From positions 37,690-101,689 of the forward strand of contig JBCNVI010000005.1 in the NCBI GenBank assembly GCA_039630235.1: a stretch of DNA of 64,000 nt, in the 5' to 3' direction. The stretch is from Candidatus Hydrothermales bacterium. Its GTDB lineage: Bacteria; Hydrothermota; Hydrothermia; Hydrothermales; JAJRUZ01. Positions 28,757-39,540 of this stretch are shown here, piece after piece. The notes beneath the pieces were generated by a model. That model ran no database searches, had not been told where the DNA came from, and was given only the letters and a program-made list of their open reading frames with translations. Each line of letters opens with the position of its first letter. Positions within the stretch are counted from its first letter, which is position 1. A program made the position numbers and the translations under genes.

Positions 28757-30305
28757 AACTTATAGCTCTAACTTCTCTTATTACAGTAACTTTAATTTGC
28801 CCAGGAAACTTAACCTCTTCTTCAATTCTTTTTGCAACAATTTTTGAAAGCTCATAAGCTTCAGCATCTGAAACTTTATCAGACTGAACAATGATTCTTA
28901 ATTCTCTCCCAGCCTGCAAGGCATAGGCCTTTTCTACTCCCTCAAAAGCTGAGGCTATTTCTTCAAGTTTCTCAACTCTTTTTATATAGGCCTCTACAGA
29001 CTCTCTTCTTGCTCCTGGTCTTGAACCAGAAATAGCATCAGCTATTGCAACAATAGGTCCGTAAGGTGAGATTGGTTCAACGTCCTCATGATGGGAAGCA
29101 ATTGCATTAGCTACTATATCGCTTTCTCCATACCTTTTTGCTATTTGAGCTCCTATCAGCGCATGAGGGCCTTCGTAAGAGGGATCTGCAACCTTTCCTA
29201 TATCATGTAAAAGGGCAGATCTTTTTGCAATTTCAACTTCTAAGCCGAGTTCACCGGCAATCATACCGGCAAGTTGAGCTACTTCTTTTGAATGGAGCAA
29301 AAGGTTCTGTCCGAATGAAGATCTAAATTTTAACTTACCAACGAACCTTAAAAGCTCTGGGTGCATACCCCTTAAGCCAAGCTCAAGAATTGTCTCCTCA
29401 CCTATAATTCTTATATATTCATGAAATTCCTCCTGTGTTCTTTTAACAACCTCCTCGATCCTGGCAGGATGAATTCTACCATCTGCAATTAGTCTCTCAA
29501 GTGAAATCCTTGCAATTTCTCTTCTTTCAGGATCAAAGGAAGATAGAATTACGGCACCTGGTGTATCATCAACAATAACCTCTACGCCTGTAAGGGTTTC
29601 AAAGGTTCTTATGTTTCTTCCCTCTCTTCCTATAATTCTTCCCTTCATTTCGTCGGATGAAAGTGGAATTACATATACGGATGATTCAGATGAAACTTGA
29701 GAGGCAATTCTTTGCATGGCAGTAATGATGATTTTAGAGGCCTCCTTTTGAGCATTTTGTTTTGCCTCTTCTTTTATTCTATATACAAGTTGAGCACTTT
29801 CAAGTCTCGCCTCAGCTTCGATTTTTTTAAGAAGTTCCCTTTTTGCCTCATCACGAGTCATACCTGAAATTTCCTCCAATTTCTTTAATTCTTCAGAGAG
29901 AATCTGTTCAACCCTTTCTGTCTTAGCTCTGAGTGTTTTCTCTTTTTCAGAGATCTCCCTTTCCCTTATCTTCAATTCTTCTTCTTTTCTCAAGAGGAGT
30001 TCAGCCTTTTTTTCAATTTGGTACTCTTTTTCCTGCAATTCTCTTTTAAACTTTTCAAGTTCTCTTCTTGATTTTGCATACTGAGCGTCTACTTTATCTC
30101 TTTCTCTTTTTGCTATATCTTCTGCTTCACTTTTTGCCTTAATCAAGATTTCATCAGCCTCTTTTTTTGCTCTTTCTATTATAGATCTTGCCTCTTCTTT
30201 TTTTCTTTTAAGTAACGTTTCTATAACTTTTTTTGATATAAAATAACCGACAAAAAGACCTATCAAAAATGAAGGAAGTATATATATCATACTCTTCATA
30301 TTCAT
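28746..30305 (-). CDS. rny: Ribonuclease Y
   Basis: N-terminal TM helix, long coiled coil, KH domain (GREGRNIRTFETLTGVEVIVDD), HD domain (HSKEVAQLAGMIA..LLHDIGK); 519 aa. Confidence 0.9.
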   Translation of the reverse strand: MNMKSMIYILPSFLIGLFVGYFISKKVIETLLKRKKEEARSIIERAKKEADEILIKAKSEAEDIAKRERDKVDAQYAKSRRELEKFKRELQEKEYQIEKKAELLLRKEEELKIREREISEKEKTLRAKTERVEQILSEELKKLEEISGMTRDEAKRELLKKIEAEARLESAQLVYRIKEEAKQNAQKEASKIIITAMQRIASQVSSESSVYVIPLSSDEMKGRIIGREGRNIRTFETLTGVEVIVDDTPGAVILSSFDPERREIARISLERLIADGRIHPARIEEVVKRTQEEFHEYIRIIGEETILELGLRGMHPELLRFVGKLKFRSSFGQNLLLHSKEVAQLAGMIAGELGLEVEIAKRSALLHDIGKVADPSYEGPHALIGAQIAKRYGESDIVANAIASHHEDVEPISPYGPIVAIADAISGSRPGARRESVEAYIKRVEKLEEIASAFEGVEKAYALQAGRELRIIVQSDKVSDAEAYELSKIVAKRIEEEVKFPGQIKVTVIREVRAISYAR

Positions 30306-31585
30306 CCTCCTTTTTTAAATTTGTATCTTTTTTCTCTCAGTTCATCTAATTTTATAAGAAGCTCCTTTTCTTTTCCTACCCCTTTTAAAAAAACGATTGG
30401 ATAGAAATTTTTCATATATTGTTGAAAGATTGCGTTAGGGTTTTCGTGTGGATAAATATAGCCTTTCCCTCTACCTAATAAATGAGCAGAGGGGTAACTT
30501 GCATCCCTTAAAAAGGTGGGAAGTTCAGCAATTTTTTCTTCCTTAACTATCTTTCTTGCGTTTCCCATAGAGATAAGTACACTATTTGATTTTGACGTAA
30601 GAGAAAGATATATTGTTCCCATGGTAAGGAAAAACTCTCCTTCAGGCATTCCAACTGTTTCAAAGGCATCTTTAAGAGAGTTAATGAGAATAATCGCCTG
30701 TGGATCAGCTAAGCCCACATCTTCGCAGGCAAAGATTAACATTCTACGAAATATGAATCTAGGGTCTTCACCTGCTTCTAGCATTCTGAAAAGATAGTAT
30801 AGAGCAGCATCAGCATCTTGAGCTCTCATTGATTTTATATAGGCTGAAATATAATCGTAGTGTTCATCATGCTTTCTATCATAGCGAAAATATAATTTAA
30901 AATTTTCAAGATCAGAATCAGTTATTTCACCTTTACCATTTTTCGCCTCTACAAGCATCTCTAATAAGTTAATAGATCTTCTTGCATCACCCTCTGAATA
31001 TTTTGCAATTTTAACTATTAATTTTTCATCAATTTTAATTTCAGGATATTCATTTAAAGCTCTTTTAATTATCTTTACTATGTCCTCTTCCTTTAGGGGT
31101 TTAAATTCAAATACGTATGTTCTTGATATGAGTGCTTTATCCAATACAAAAAATGGATTAAGTATAAGAGCACCAATAAAAATTATCTTACCCTCTTCAA
31201 TATATGATAAAAGTATTTCCTGTTGTAACCTATTAAACCTATGAATTTCGTCTATAAAAAGTAAAGCTCTTTTCCCCTTTAATTTAAAAAGCCTCTCAGC
31301 CTCCTCTAAGGCTTTCCTAACATCTTTTACACCTATAGTTGAAGCATTTAAATGGTAAAATGGAGAATCTATATATTTAGCTATAAGTCTTGCAAGACTT
31401 GTTTTACCAACTCCAGGTGGCCCATAGAAAATAGAGGAGAATAATTTTCCTTTCTCAATTAATTTCCTTAACGGTGCATTCTCTCCAATAATATGCTCTT
31501 GTCCAACAAAATCCTCTAAAGTTTTCGGAGCAATACGCAAAGCTAAAGGTAATAACTCTTCCCCTTTTTTCTCTTGAAAAAGCAT
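30302..31585 (-). CDS. rarA: Replication-associated recombination protein A (RarA/MgsA AAA+ ATPase)
   Basis: Walker A GPPGVGKTSLARLIA, Walker B LFIDEIHRFN, and the C-terminal MgsA helical domain. Confidence 0.85.
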   Translation of the reverse strand: MLFQEKKGEELLPLALRIAPKTLEDFVGQEHIIGENAPLRKLIEKGKLFSSIFYGPPGVGKTSLARLIAKYIDSPFYHLNASTIGVKDVRKALEEAERLFKLKGKRALLFIDEIHRFNRLQQEILLSYIEEGKIIFIGALILNPFFVLDKALISRTYVFEFKPLKEEDIVKIIKRALNEYPEIKIDEKLIVKIAKYSEGDARRSINLLEMLVEAKNGKGEITDSDLENFKLYFRYDRKHDEHYDYISAYIKSMRAQDADAALYYLFRMLEAGEDPRFIFRRMLIFACEDVGLADPQAIILINSLKDAFETVGMPEGEFFLTMGTIYLSLTSKSNSVLISMGNARKIVKEEKIAELPTFLRDASYPSAHLLGRGKGYIYPHENPNAIFQQYMKNFYPIVFLKGVGKEKELLIKLDELREKRYKFKKGG

Positions 31586-31603
31586 ACTTTTTCTCCTTCA
31601 ATT

Positions 31604-31867
31604 TTATACGTTTTCTATTTTTTTAAAAATACTTGATATTTTCATCTGCGTCATTAAAAGTCTTTTTTCACAAAAAAAAAGCTTTTCAGCAAGAGAAAGA
31701 AGAGCCATTATACTTATAGTCTCAAAGTCCTGAGAGGATGTTTCTCTCTCACACTCTAAAATTGTATTATTAACAATTTCAACCACACAATTCAAATCTT
31801 CTTCATTTAGATCTGTCTCCACCTCATATCTTTTTCCCCTTATAACAACTTCCCTAATTTTCTCCAT
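31604..31867 (-). CDS. zapA: Cell division protein ZapA-like
   Basis: 87 aa. N-terminus VVIRGKRYEVETDLNEEDL resembles the ZapA beta-core. The position downstream of pheT matches the Firmicutes arrangement. Confidence 0.5.
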   Translation of the reverse strand: MEKIREVVIRGKRYEVETDLNEEDLNCVVEIVNNTILECERETSSQDFETISIMALLSLAEKLFFCEKRLLMTQMKISSIFKKIENV

Positions 31868-31882
31868 ACCCTGCTTTTTTCC

Positions 31883-32062
31883 CTATACCCCAGCATCATT
31901 CAATTTTTTAACCAAGTTCTCTATTTTGCTTATAACACCGTTTAGCTTCTCCTTCAATTCTGAGTTTTCTTTTTCTAGAGTATCACATCTTTCCCTATAT
32001 TCCCTGAGCTTTAGTAGTAATTCTTCAATTTTACTTTCAAGCATAAATAAAGTATCATCCAT
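31883..32062 (-). CDS. Unlisted small coiled-coil ORF (59 aa), ZapB-like
   Basis: Own translation: MDDTLFMLESKIEELLLKLREYRERCDTLEKENSELKEKLNGVISKIENLVKKLNDAGV. Continuous heptad pattern; strong SD (ggaggagaaaaaATG); immediately upstream of zapA. Confidence 0.4.
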   Translation of the reverse strand: MDDTLFMLESKIEELLLKLREYRERCDTLEKENSELKEKLNGVISKIENLVKKLNDAGV

Positions 32063-32132
32063 TTTTTCTCCTCCATAGAAATCCTATAAGGAGGGGAATT
32101 GAACCCTTTAAGCTAGCTGGCAAACTCTTCTT

Positions 32133-34457
32133 TTACCCCCTTAATTTAAAACCTATTTTTTTCTCTACATATTCAACAATTTTTTCCACTTCTTTATCTA
32201 CTTCCCTCTCTGAAAGAGTCTTATCCATACTTCTAAAGAAAACTCTAAAAGTAAAATTTTTCTCTCCCTCCCTTAAGGGTTTTCCTTTGTACACGTCAAA
32301 AAGTATAAATCTTTCAATTAATGTTTCATTTTTTAGTTTTTTAAATAACCTTATGATTTCAGAGGCATTGACATCTTCTGGTCCCACAAAGGAAAGATCC
32401 CTTGAAAGAGCTGGATAAGTAGGTAAAGACTTAAAAGTTAAATCTTTTTTAAAAGTTAACTTATTAACGCTAAGTTCAGAGTAAACAGCCTCCAGCTTAA
32501 GATCGTAAATATCAAGAATTTCTTCTTTTACTTCGCCGATATACCCTATTTTCTCCTCGTTAATGAAAATAGATGCAGAGTAGTTAAAAAATGGGTAACT
32601 TTCCTCTATAAAATAAATCTCATCTTCAAAGTGTTCAAGGAACGATTCCAAAATTCCCTTAAGTTCAAAATAAATCTCCACATTACTTTCTTTTATCCAA
32701 TTATCTTCTACTAAATTTGTTAAAAGTAACCCTATTTTCTCCTCCTCTTCAAAATCCTTGTAGAAAACTTTTCCAATTTCGAATAGTTTTTTAACTTTTT
32801 CTCCTCTTCTAACGTTGTTTCTCAAAGAGTTTAGTAGAGATGGAAGAAGTGAGGGTCTTAAAACTCCAAATCTTTCTGAAAGTGGATTTTTAATTTTTAA
32901 GACCTTTTCTGAAAATAGCCTTGCCTCCTTTTCATCAATTAATGAAATGGAGACACACTCGAGGAAACCCTCCCCCCTAAAGTAATCTCTTATCCTATCT
33001 TGAAATAAATTTCTTTTCCCAACAAAGGAAGAAATACTTTCTGCCTCCGATTCAAAATTTTCATAGCCATAAACTCTTGCTATCTCCTCTATCAGATCTT
33101 CCTCTATTTCTATATCTCTCCTAAAGGTTGGTACCACCACCTCAAGCGTATTTTTCTCTAATTTACAACTCATGTAAAGCCTTTCAAGAATTTTCTGGGA
33201 AGTATAAAGATCAAACTCATCACCAAGAATTTTTTTCAGTTTATTTTCCTTAAGATAAACTTTTTTAGGTTTTACCACACTTTTAATAACATCGATTTTT
33301 CTATAAGGGGTACCTCCTGAAAGGTCCATTACAAGGTCTCTTAGTCTTAGTGCCGCGTACTCCACCATATTAAAATCAGCGCCTCTTTCAAATCTATAAG
33401 AGGATTCTGTTTGAATATTAAACTTTTTACTTGTTTTTCTAATGTTTATTTTATCGAAGAAGGCGCTTTCACAGAGTATTTCTTCGGTTTCCTCTGTAAC
33501 AGCAGAGTTTTCTCCTCCAATTATACCAGCTAATGCAAGAACTTTCTCACTATCTGATATAACCATAACACTTTCATCAAGTTCTCTTGTTTTACCATCA
33601 AGACAAAGCAAAGCCTCCCCTTTTCTTGCGTTTCTCACTATAACTTTTTCTTTTATTTTCTTCAAATCAAAAACATGAGTAGGATGCCCAGTTTCAAGCA
33701 AAATGTAATTTGAAATATCAACTACCAAATTTATAGATCTAATTCCGCATAGAAATAGCCTATGTTTTATAAGATCTGGGGTCTTTGCCTTTTTTAAATT
33801 TTTTATAATTATTCCAACATATCTATCACAACTCACATTTTCTTCAATTTCAATTATAAAATCTATCTCATCTTCTTTAATTTTTTTTATCTCAGGAATT
33901 CTTAACTCAAGGTTTAAATAAGATGAAAGATCTCTTGCAATTCCTATAACAGAAAGTAAGTCGGGTCTGTTTGGATAAATTTCAAGATCATAAACAAAAT
34001 CGTTTAAACCGATTAAATCTTTTGGATCTTTATCTAAATCTACTTTATCGTCAAGAAAAATTACTGTTTCACTTTTATCAGAAAGACCGAGTTCTTCCTC
34101 TGATACGATGGTGCCCTCTGATTTTTCACCGGCAATATGTTTCACATCTACTTTAAAATCCTTAAGTAAGGTTCCCGGCGGAGCGTAAATTACTTTCTTT
34201 CTCTTTTCCAAAAAAGGAGCACCTGAAACAACTTGATAAACCCCCTTTTTAGTTCTAAGTTTTAAAACAAAAAGCTTATCTCTTTTTTGGTGTCTCTCTA
34301 CACTTTCTATCTCTGCTACCATTAAATTCTCTTTACCCTTTGATAAATCAATAACTTCTTTAACAGGCATTCCTAATTTATTAAAAATTTCTATAAGATC
34401 TGATGGGGGAACTTCTAAGTCTATATAATCTTTTAGCCAGTTATAGGTGACTCTCAT
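32133..34457 (-). CDS. pheT: Phenylalanine--tRNA ligase beta subunit
   Basis: 774 aa, N-terminal tRNA-binding domain (MRVTYNWLKDYIDL), B3/4, B5 and FDX-ACB domains in canonical order. Confidence 0.95.
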   Translation of the reverse strand: MRVTYNWLKDYIDLEVPPSDLIEIFNKLGMPVKEVIDLSKGKENLMVAEIESVERHQKRDKLFVLKLRTKKGVYQVVSGAPFLEKRKKVIYAPPGTLLKDFKVDVKHIAGEKSEGTIVSEEELGLSDKSETVIFLDDKVDLDKDPKDLIGLNDFVYDLEIYPNRPDLLSVIGIARDLSSYLNLELRIPEIKKIKEDEIDFIIEIEENVSCDRYVGIIIKNLKKAKTPDLIKHRLFLCGIRSINLVVDISNYILLETGHPTHVFDLKKIKEKVIVRNARKGEALLCLDGKTRELDESVMVISDSEKVLALAGIIGGENSAVTEETEEILCESAFFDKINIRKTSKKFNIQTESSYRFERGADFNMVEYAALRLRDLVMDLSGGTPYRKIDVIKSVVKPKKVYLKENKLKKILGDEFDLYTSQKILERLYMSCKLEKNTLEVVVPTFRRDIEIEEDLIEEIARVYGYENFESEAESISSFVGKRNLFQDRIRDYFRGEGFLECVSISLIDEKEARLFSEKVLKIKNPLSERFGVLRPSLLPSLLNSLRNNVRRGEKVKKLFEIGKVFYKDFEEEEKIGLLLTNLVEDNWIKESNVEIYFELKGILESFLEHFEDEIYFIEESYPFFNYSASIFINEEKIGYIGEVKEEILDIYDLKLEAVYSELSVNKLTFKKDLTFKSLPTYPALSRDLSFVGPEDVNASEIIRLFKKLKNETLIERFILFDVYKGKPLREGEKNFTFRVFFRSMDKTLSEREVDKEVEKIVEYVEKKIGFKLRG

Positions 34458-34458
34458 A

Positions 34459-35445
34459 CTAATAGATTGAGAATTGTTTTAAAAATCCTCTTACGTTTTC
34501 AAAAAAGAGTCTTATATCGGGTATTTTATATTTGACCATAACTAATCTTTCAACGCCTACTCCGAAGGCATAGCCGTTCCATTCTTCTGGATCTATATTA
34601 CAGTTTTGCAGTACCTTTGGATGAACCATACCGCAACCTGCTATCTCTAAAAACCTTTTTCCCTCTGGTGTTTCCCACAGAATCGAAACCTCTGCAGAGG
34701 GCTCTGTGAACGGAAAGTAAGAAGGTTCAAATTTAATTACAAGATCCTTTTTTTCAAAATATTCCTTAAGAAAAAGTTCTAAAGTTCCCTTTAAATTAGA
34801 AAAGCTTACACTTTTATTTATATAGAGGCCTTCAACTTGATGAAAAACAGGTGAATGAGAGGCGTCAAAGTTGTCGCGCCTGTATACCCTCCCTGGAGCT
34901 ATTATTCTTATAGGTGGTTTTTTCTTTAACATTGTCCTTATTTGAATTGGTGAGGTATGAGTTCTAAGGAGAAGAACTTCTTTTTCAAGAAATAAGGTTG
35001 CTTGCATATCTCTTGCTGGGTGCCATTTTGGTATGTTAAGGGCTTCAAAGTTATTAAACTCTGACTCTATTTCAGGACCTGTTTCTACTTCAAAGCCAAG
35101 GCCAACAAAAATCTCTTCCATTCTTCTTAACTCTTCTCTAAGAACATGAAGGTAGCCTCTTTGCTTTAAAACCCCGGGGAGTGTAGGGTCTATTTCCTTT
35201 TTCTTTTTAACTTCAAATGTTTTTTTTCTTATCTCTATTTCACTCTCAAGAAAATTTTTTAACTCATTAAGTGCCTTCCCAACCTCCTTTCTTCTTTCGG
35301 GCTCTAACTCTTTTAATTTGTCAAAGAGTTTTTTTATTAAACCTTTTTTTCCTAAATATTTAATTCTTATGTTTTCTAAATCATGAGCGTTTTTAACGTT
35401 TTTCAGTTCTATTTCAATTTCTTCCCTGAGTTTTTCAATTTCCAT
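34459..35445 (-). CDS. pheS: Phenylalanine--tRNA ligase alpha subunit
   Basis: 328 aa; class II aaRS motifs (HPARDMQATLF; FPFTEPSAEV; GCGMVHPKV...AFGVGVERL). Confidence 0.95.
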   Translation of the reverse strand: MEIEKLREEIEIELKNVKNAHDLENIRIKYLGKKGLIKKLFDKLKELEPERRKEVGKALNELKNFLESEIEIRKKTFEVKKKKEIDPTLPGVLKQRGYLHVLREELRRMEEIFVGLGFEVETGPEIESEFNNFEALNIPKWHPARDMQATLFLEKEVLLLRTHTSPIQIRTMLKKKPPIRIIAPGRVYRRDNFDASHSPVFHQVEGLYINKSVSFSNLKGTLELFLKEYFEKKDLVIKFEPSYFPFTEPSAEVSILWETPEGKRFLEIAGCGMVHPKVLQNCNIDPEEWNGYAFGVGVERLVMVKYKIPDIRLFFENVRGFLKQFSIY

Positions 35446-35791
35446 TAGGAGCCATTACGTTTTTAACTATTTCTTTAAAGCTTTCAGGTTCTTTAACTGC
35501 GAGGAATGCAAGGATTTTCCTATTAATTAAGACTCCCTTTTTCCTGAGGGCATTAATAAACTCATTATATTTTACGCCGAGAGATCTACAGAAGGCGTTT
35601 ATTCTTGTTATCCATAGTTTTCTGAATTCTCTCTTTTTTTCTTTGCGATGTCTATAGGAGTATCTGAGGGATTTTAGGACTGCTTCGTTTGCCTTTTTAA
35701 AGGTGCTTGATTTTTGGCCGTAGTATCCCTTTGCCATCTTTCTTATTTTTTTATGTCTTTTTCTCGTTTTTACACCACCTTTTACTCGCAT
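35435..35791 (-). CDS. rplT: 50S ribosomal protein L20
   Basis: MRVKGGVKTRKRHKKIRKMAKGYYG is the classic L20 N-terminus; 118 aa. Its own TATAAT and SD sequences sit upstream (35800-35830, reverse strand). Confidence 0.9.
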   Translation of the reverse strand: MRVKGGVKTRKRHKKIRKMAKGYYGQKSSTFKKANEAVLKSLRYSYRHRKEKKREFRKLWITRINAFCRSLGVKYNEFINALRKKGVLINRKILAFLAVKEPESFKEIVKNVMAPNGN

Positions 35792-35961
35792 TTTTTTCCT
35801 CCTTTAGGCTGAGAGAATAATTATACTTTCAAAATTTTTTTTATTTCAATAAACTTTTCTTCTATGAAAGTGTAAAAATAGAAGAGAAATTTAATAAAAT
35901 TAAAATAGTTTGAAACATTAATTTAAGAGGTTCTATTCCTTAAAAAAACTTACTATTAATC

Positions 35962-37128
35962 ATGGATTTTGAATTAAAAGAAGAACATAGAATGATAAGG
36001 GAGATGGTAAGAGATTTTGTTAAAAAGGAAATAGAGCCTATAGCAAACAAGATCGACGAAGAAGAAATTTTTCCAGAAGAAAATGTGAAAAAAATGGGAG
36101 AATTAGGACTTATGGGTATGGAAATTCCTGTAGAGTATGGCGGCTCTGGTATGGACTCTATTTCATATGTTATCGCTGTTGAGGAAATATCGAGGGTTTG
36201 TCCTTCACACGGTATCATTCTTTCGGTAAATAACTCTCTTTTTTGCTACGGAGTTTATAAATTTGGATCCGAGGAACAAAAAAGGGAAATTTTACCAATA
36301 ATTGCAAGTGGTAAAAGAATAGGAGCCTTTTCATTAACAGAACCTCATGCTGGAAGTGATGCGTCAAATTTAAAGACAAGAGCAATTAAGGATGGTTCAA
36401 ATTATATAATCAATGGAAAAAAGGTGTGGGTCACAAATGGGACACATGCAAAATATGTTCTTTTATTTGCAGTTACCGATCCTGAAAAGAAACATCATGG
36501 GATTACATGTTTTATAGTAGATACGGAAAAAGAAGGAGTAATAAAGTCACCACCTGAGAAAAAGTTAGGTATTAGGGCAGCCTATTCCTGTGAACTTACT
36601 TTTGAAGATTATAGAGTACCTGAAAGTATGAGGCTTGGAAACGAAGGAGAGGGGTTTAAGATTGCAATGTCTGTTCTTGATGCAGGTAGAATAGGGGTAG
36701 CAGCTCAAGCTGTTGGTATTTCCCAGGGTGCCTTTGAGTATGCAGCTAAGTATTCTTTAGAGAGAGAAGCCTTTGGTAAAAAACTCTGTGAACATCAGAT
36801 TATTCAATTTTATCTTGCGGAGATGAGGACAAAAATTGAGGCAGCAAGGCTTTTAACTTACAAAGCAGCATTTTTAAAGCAAAAAGGAGGAAGGTTTTCA
36901 GAGTGGTCCTCAATGGCAAAACTTTTTGCTTCAGAAACAGCAATGTGGGTTTGCGATAAAGCGCTTCAAATTCATGGGTCTCTTGGATACTCAAGGGAAC
37001 ATGACATTCAAAGGTTATTTAGAGCAGCAAAAGTTACAGAAATCTATGAAGGAACAAGTGAGATACAGAAAATTGTAATTTCAAGAAGTATTATAAATGA
37101 AATGAAAAAACTTTATGAGGAAGTTTAA
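35962..37128 (+). CDS. Acyl-CoA dehydrogenase (short/branched-chain type)
   Basis: 388 aa, MDFELKEEH...; FAD/CoA-binding motifs; catalytic Glu near the C-terminus (YEGTSEIQ). Confidence 0.85.
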   Translation: MDFELKEEHRMIREMVRDFVKKEIEPIANKIDEEEIFPEENVKKMGELGLMGMEIPVEYGGSGMDSISYVIAVEEISRVCPSHGIILSVNNSLFCYGVYKFGSEEQKREILPIIASGKRIGAFSLTEPHAGSDASNLKTRAIKDGSNYIINGKKVWVTNGTHAKYVLLFAVTDPEKKHHGITCFIVDTEKEGVIKSPPEKKLGIRAAYSCELTFEDYRVPESMRLGNEGEGFKIAMSVLDAGRIGVAAQAVGISQGAFEYAAKYSLEREAFGKKLCEHQIIQFYLAEMRTKIEAARLLTYKAAFLKQKGGRFSEWSSMAKLFASETAMWVCDKALQIHGSLGYSREHDIQRLFRAAKVTEIYEGTSEIQKIVISRSIINEMKKLYEEV

Positions 37129-37138
37129 AATATAGAAT

Positions 37139-37519
37139 ATGATAGATGAAATTTATGAGGTAATACTTGATCATTATAAAAGTCCGAGGAATTATGGGGA
37201 GATGGAAAATCCTGATATAGAGTATGAGGGTGGAAATCCTTATTGTGGAGATGAAATTAAGATGCAGTTTAAAATAAGGGATGGAGTTATAGAGGATGTT
37301 AGGTTTAGGGGAAGGGGGTGTGCGATTTCTCAGGCTGCTGCATCAATTCTAACTGAGTATATTAAGGGGAAAAAAGTTGAAGATTTGAGAAACTTCACAA
37401 AGGAGGAACATCTAGAGAATCTTGGACTTAAGCTTTCTCCTATCAGAATGAAGTGTGCTCTTTTATCTTACGAGGTATTAAAAATTGCATTATTTGGAGA
37501 GGAGGAGATAGGAAAATAG
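37139..37519 (+). CDS. Fe-S cluster assembly scaffold, NifU N-terminal-domain family (SufU/IscU-like)
   Basis: 126 aa with the conserved Cys triad context (GNPYCGDEI...; GRGCAISQAAAS). Confidence 0.75.
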   Translation: MIDEIYEVILDHYKSPRNYGEMENPDIEYEGGNPYCGDEIKMQFKIRDGVIEDVRFRGRGCAISQAAASILTEYIKGKKVEDLRNFTKEEHLENLGLKLSPIRMKCALLSYEVLKIALFGEEEIGK

Positions 37520-37729
37520 CTCTAATTGGACTTTTAGTTCCTTTTTTTAAACTAGAAAATTGAATCTTTTTCTCCCCTTAATTTCAAATCACGTTGATTT
37601 TCAAAGTATTTAAGAATTACTAAATCTACCTTAAACTATCTTATCCTGTTTTAGATACCTTTTTCACTTGCTCACTTTCTTTAGTCTTTCAAGTTTTTTA
37701 GAATCTAAAACTAAGTTTTTAACAAATCT

Positions 37730-38944
37730 CTAATCTCTTTTATTTTTGAAAATAACCTTTTTTGTTATAAGCGAATTCTCATCAACTATACAGTACTTAT
37801 ACTTTCCTTTCAAAGAAGGCAGCTCATATATTGCATCAAGTAAGAGATTTTCAATAATAATTTTTAAACCCCTTGCTCCCATACCAAGTTCCTTTGATCT
37901 TTTGACTATTTCCTTTTTTAAACCATCTGTAAAAATAAGCTTAATACCCTCAGACTCGAAAATCTTTTCATATTGCTTTAAAATTGCATTCTCCGGTTCA
38001 TAGAGAATCCTAAAAAGCTCATCCTCAGTAAGCTCATTCAGTTTAACAATTATGGGAAATCTTCCAACAAACTCAGGTATAAACCCATATTCAATTAAAT
38101 CATCAGGTAAAACTTCAAAATCAACTTCATTTTTTTCTTCATCTTTAACAAATCCAAGTTTATGCCTCTTTCTTCTATTTTCAATTATTTTATCAAGCCC
38201 AACAAAAGTCCCCCCGCATATAAAAAGAATCCCTGTTGTATCAACTTGAATAAAAACTTGCTCCGGATGCTTCCTTCCTCCTTGGGGTGGTACGTTAGCA
38301 ATAGTTCCTTCAAGAATCCTTAAAAGTGCCTGCTGCACCCCCTCTCCACCCACATCTCTTGTTATAGAAGGTGAATCTCCTTTCCTTGCTATCTTATCTA
38401 TTTCATCAATATAAATTATTCCTCTCTCAGCTTTTTTTATATCAAAATCAGCCATTTGTAAAAGTCTTAAAATGATGTTCTCTACATCCTCACCAACGTA
38501 TCCTGCTTCTGTCAAGGGGGTAGCATCTACGTGAGTAAAGGGAACGTTTAAAATTTTAGCGAGGGTCTTGGCTAAAAGTGTTTTACCAGTCCCAGTTGGC
38601 CCTATTAAAAGTACGTTACTTTTTTCTATACTGTTATCATTTAAAACAATCCTTTTATAATGCTGATAAACAGCCACTGATAAAATCTTTTTGGCTTTTT
38701 CATGACCAACAACGAATCTATCAAGCTCTCTTTTAATATCTCGAGGATACGGTATTTGAAAACAAAAGTCATTTTTTAAATATTTTTCTTTCTCTCTATC
38801 AAACATCAAATCATAACAGAATTTTACACAGTCATCACATATAAAGGCGTTGGCTCCGGAAAAAAGTTTTTTTATTTCTCCCTCAGCTCTTCCGCAAAAG
38901 GAGCACCTTATATCTTTGCTTGTGTTTGCCCTCTTTTCTCTCAT
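37730..38944 (-). CDS. clpX: ATP-dependent Clp protease ATP-binding subunit ClpX
   Basis: N-terminal C4 zinc finger (CSFCGR...CDDC), Walker A GPTGTGKT, Walker [10 protein letters not shown], 404 aa. Confidence 0.95.
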   Translation of the reverse strand: MREKRANTSKDIRCSFCGRAEGEIKKLFSGANAFICDDCVKFCYDLMFDREKEKYLKNDFCFQIPYPRDIKRELDRFVVGHEKAKKILSVAVYQHYKRIVLNDNSIEKSNVLLIGPTGTGKTLLAKTLAKILNVPFTHVDATPLTEAGYVGEDVENIILRLLQMADFDIKKAERGIIYIDEIDKIARKGDSPSITRDVGGEGVQQALLRILEGTIANVPPQGGRKHPEQVFIQVDTTGILFICGGTFVGLDKIIENRRKRHKLGFVKDEEKNEVDFEVLPDDLIEYGFIPEFVGRFPIIVKLNELTEDELFRILYEPENAILKQYEKIFESEGIKLIFTDGLKKEIVKRSKELGMGARGLKIIIENLLLDAIYELPSLKGKYKYCIVDENSLITKKVIFKNKRD

Positions 38945-39540
38945 AAAGTTTCTCTTCTTGAGGTTATTATTTCATCAATGATACCGTAAGATAAAGCCTC
39001 TTGTGGTGACATAAAGTAATTTCTATCTGTGTCCTTTTCTATTTTTTCCTTTGGTTGTCCTGTATGTTTTGAAAGAATTTCGTTTAGAATATCTCTCATC
39101 TTCATTATTTCCTCGGCATGAATTTTTATATCAATAGCCTGGCCATGAACACCTCCAAAGGGCTGATGAATCATTATTCTTGAATGAGGTAGAGCGAACC
39201 TTTTTCCCTTTTTCCCAGAAGCAAGTAATATAGCTGCCATACTCGCTGCCATCCCAATACATATTGTGTTCACATCGGGTCTTATGTACTGAATAGTATC
39301 GTAAATGGCAAGCCCTGCACTTATGTAACCTCCTGGCGAGTTTATATATAGGTATATATCCTTCTTGGGATTTTCCGCCTCTAAATAGAGAAGTTGAGCA
39401 ATTACTAAATTTGCTACCTGATCATCTATAGGCATACCTAAAAAGACTATCCTATCCTTTAAAAGACGCGAATATATATCATAAGCCCTCTCATACCTAC
39501 CTGTCTGTTCTATTACAAAAGGGATAGTTTGGTTTTTCAT
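38941..39540 (-). CDS. clpP: ATP-dependent Clp protease proteolytic subunit ClpP
   Basis: 199 aa; catalytic Ser context GMAASMA, His in MIHQP, canonical ClpP fold. Confidence 0.95.
   Translation of the reverse strand: MKNQTIPFVIEQTGRYERAYDIYSRLLKDRIVFLGMPIDDQVANLVIAQLLYLEAENPKKDIYLYINSPGGYISAGLAIYDTIQYIRPDVNTICIGMAASMAAILLASGKKGKRFALPHSRIMIHQPFGGVHGQAIDIKIHAEEIMKMRDILNEILSKHTGQPKEKIEKDTDRNYFMSPQEALSYGIIDEIITSRRETL

Noticed and set aside
37528-37549. Possible intrinsic terminator after the SufU-like gene (ggacttttagttcc followed by T7)
   Set aside because: The stem is only about 3 bp with mismatches, which is too weak to call despite the U-run.
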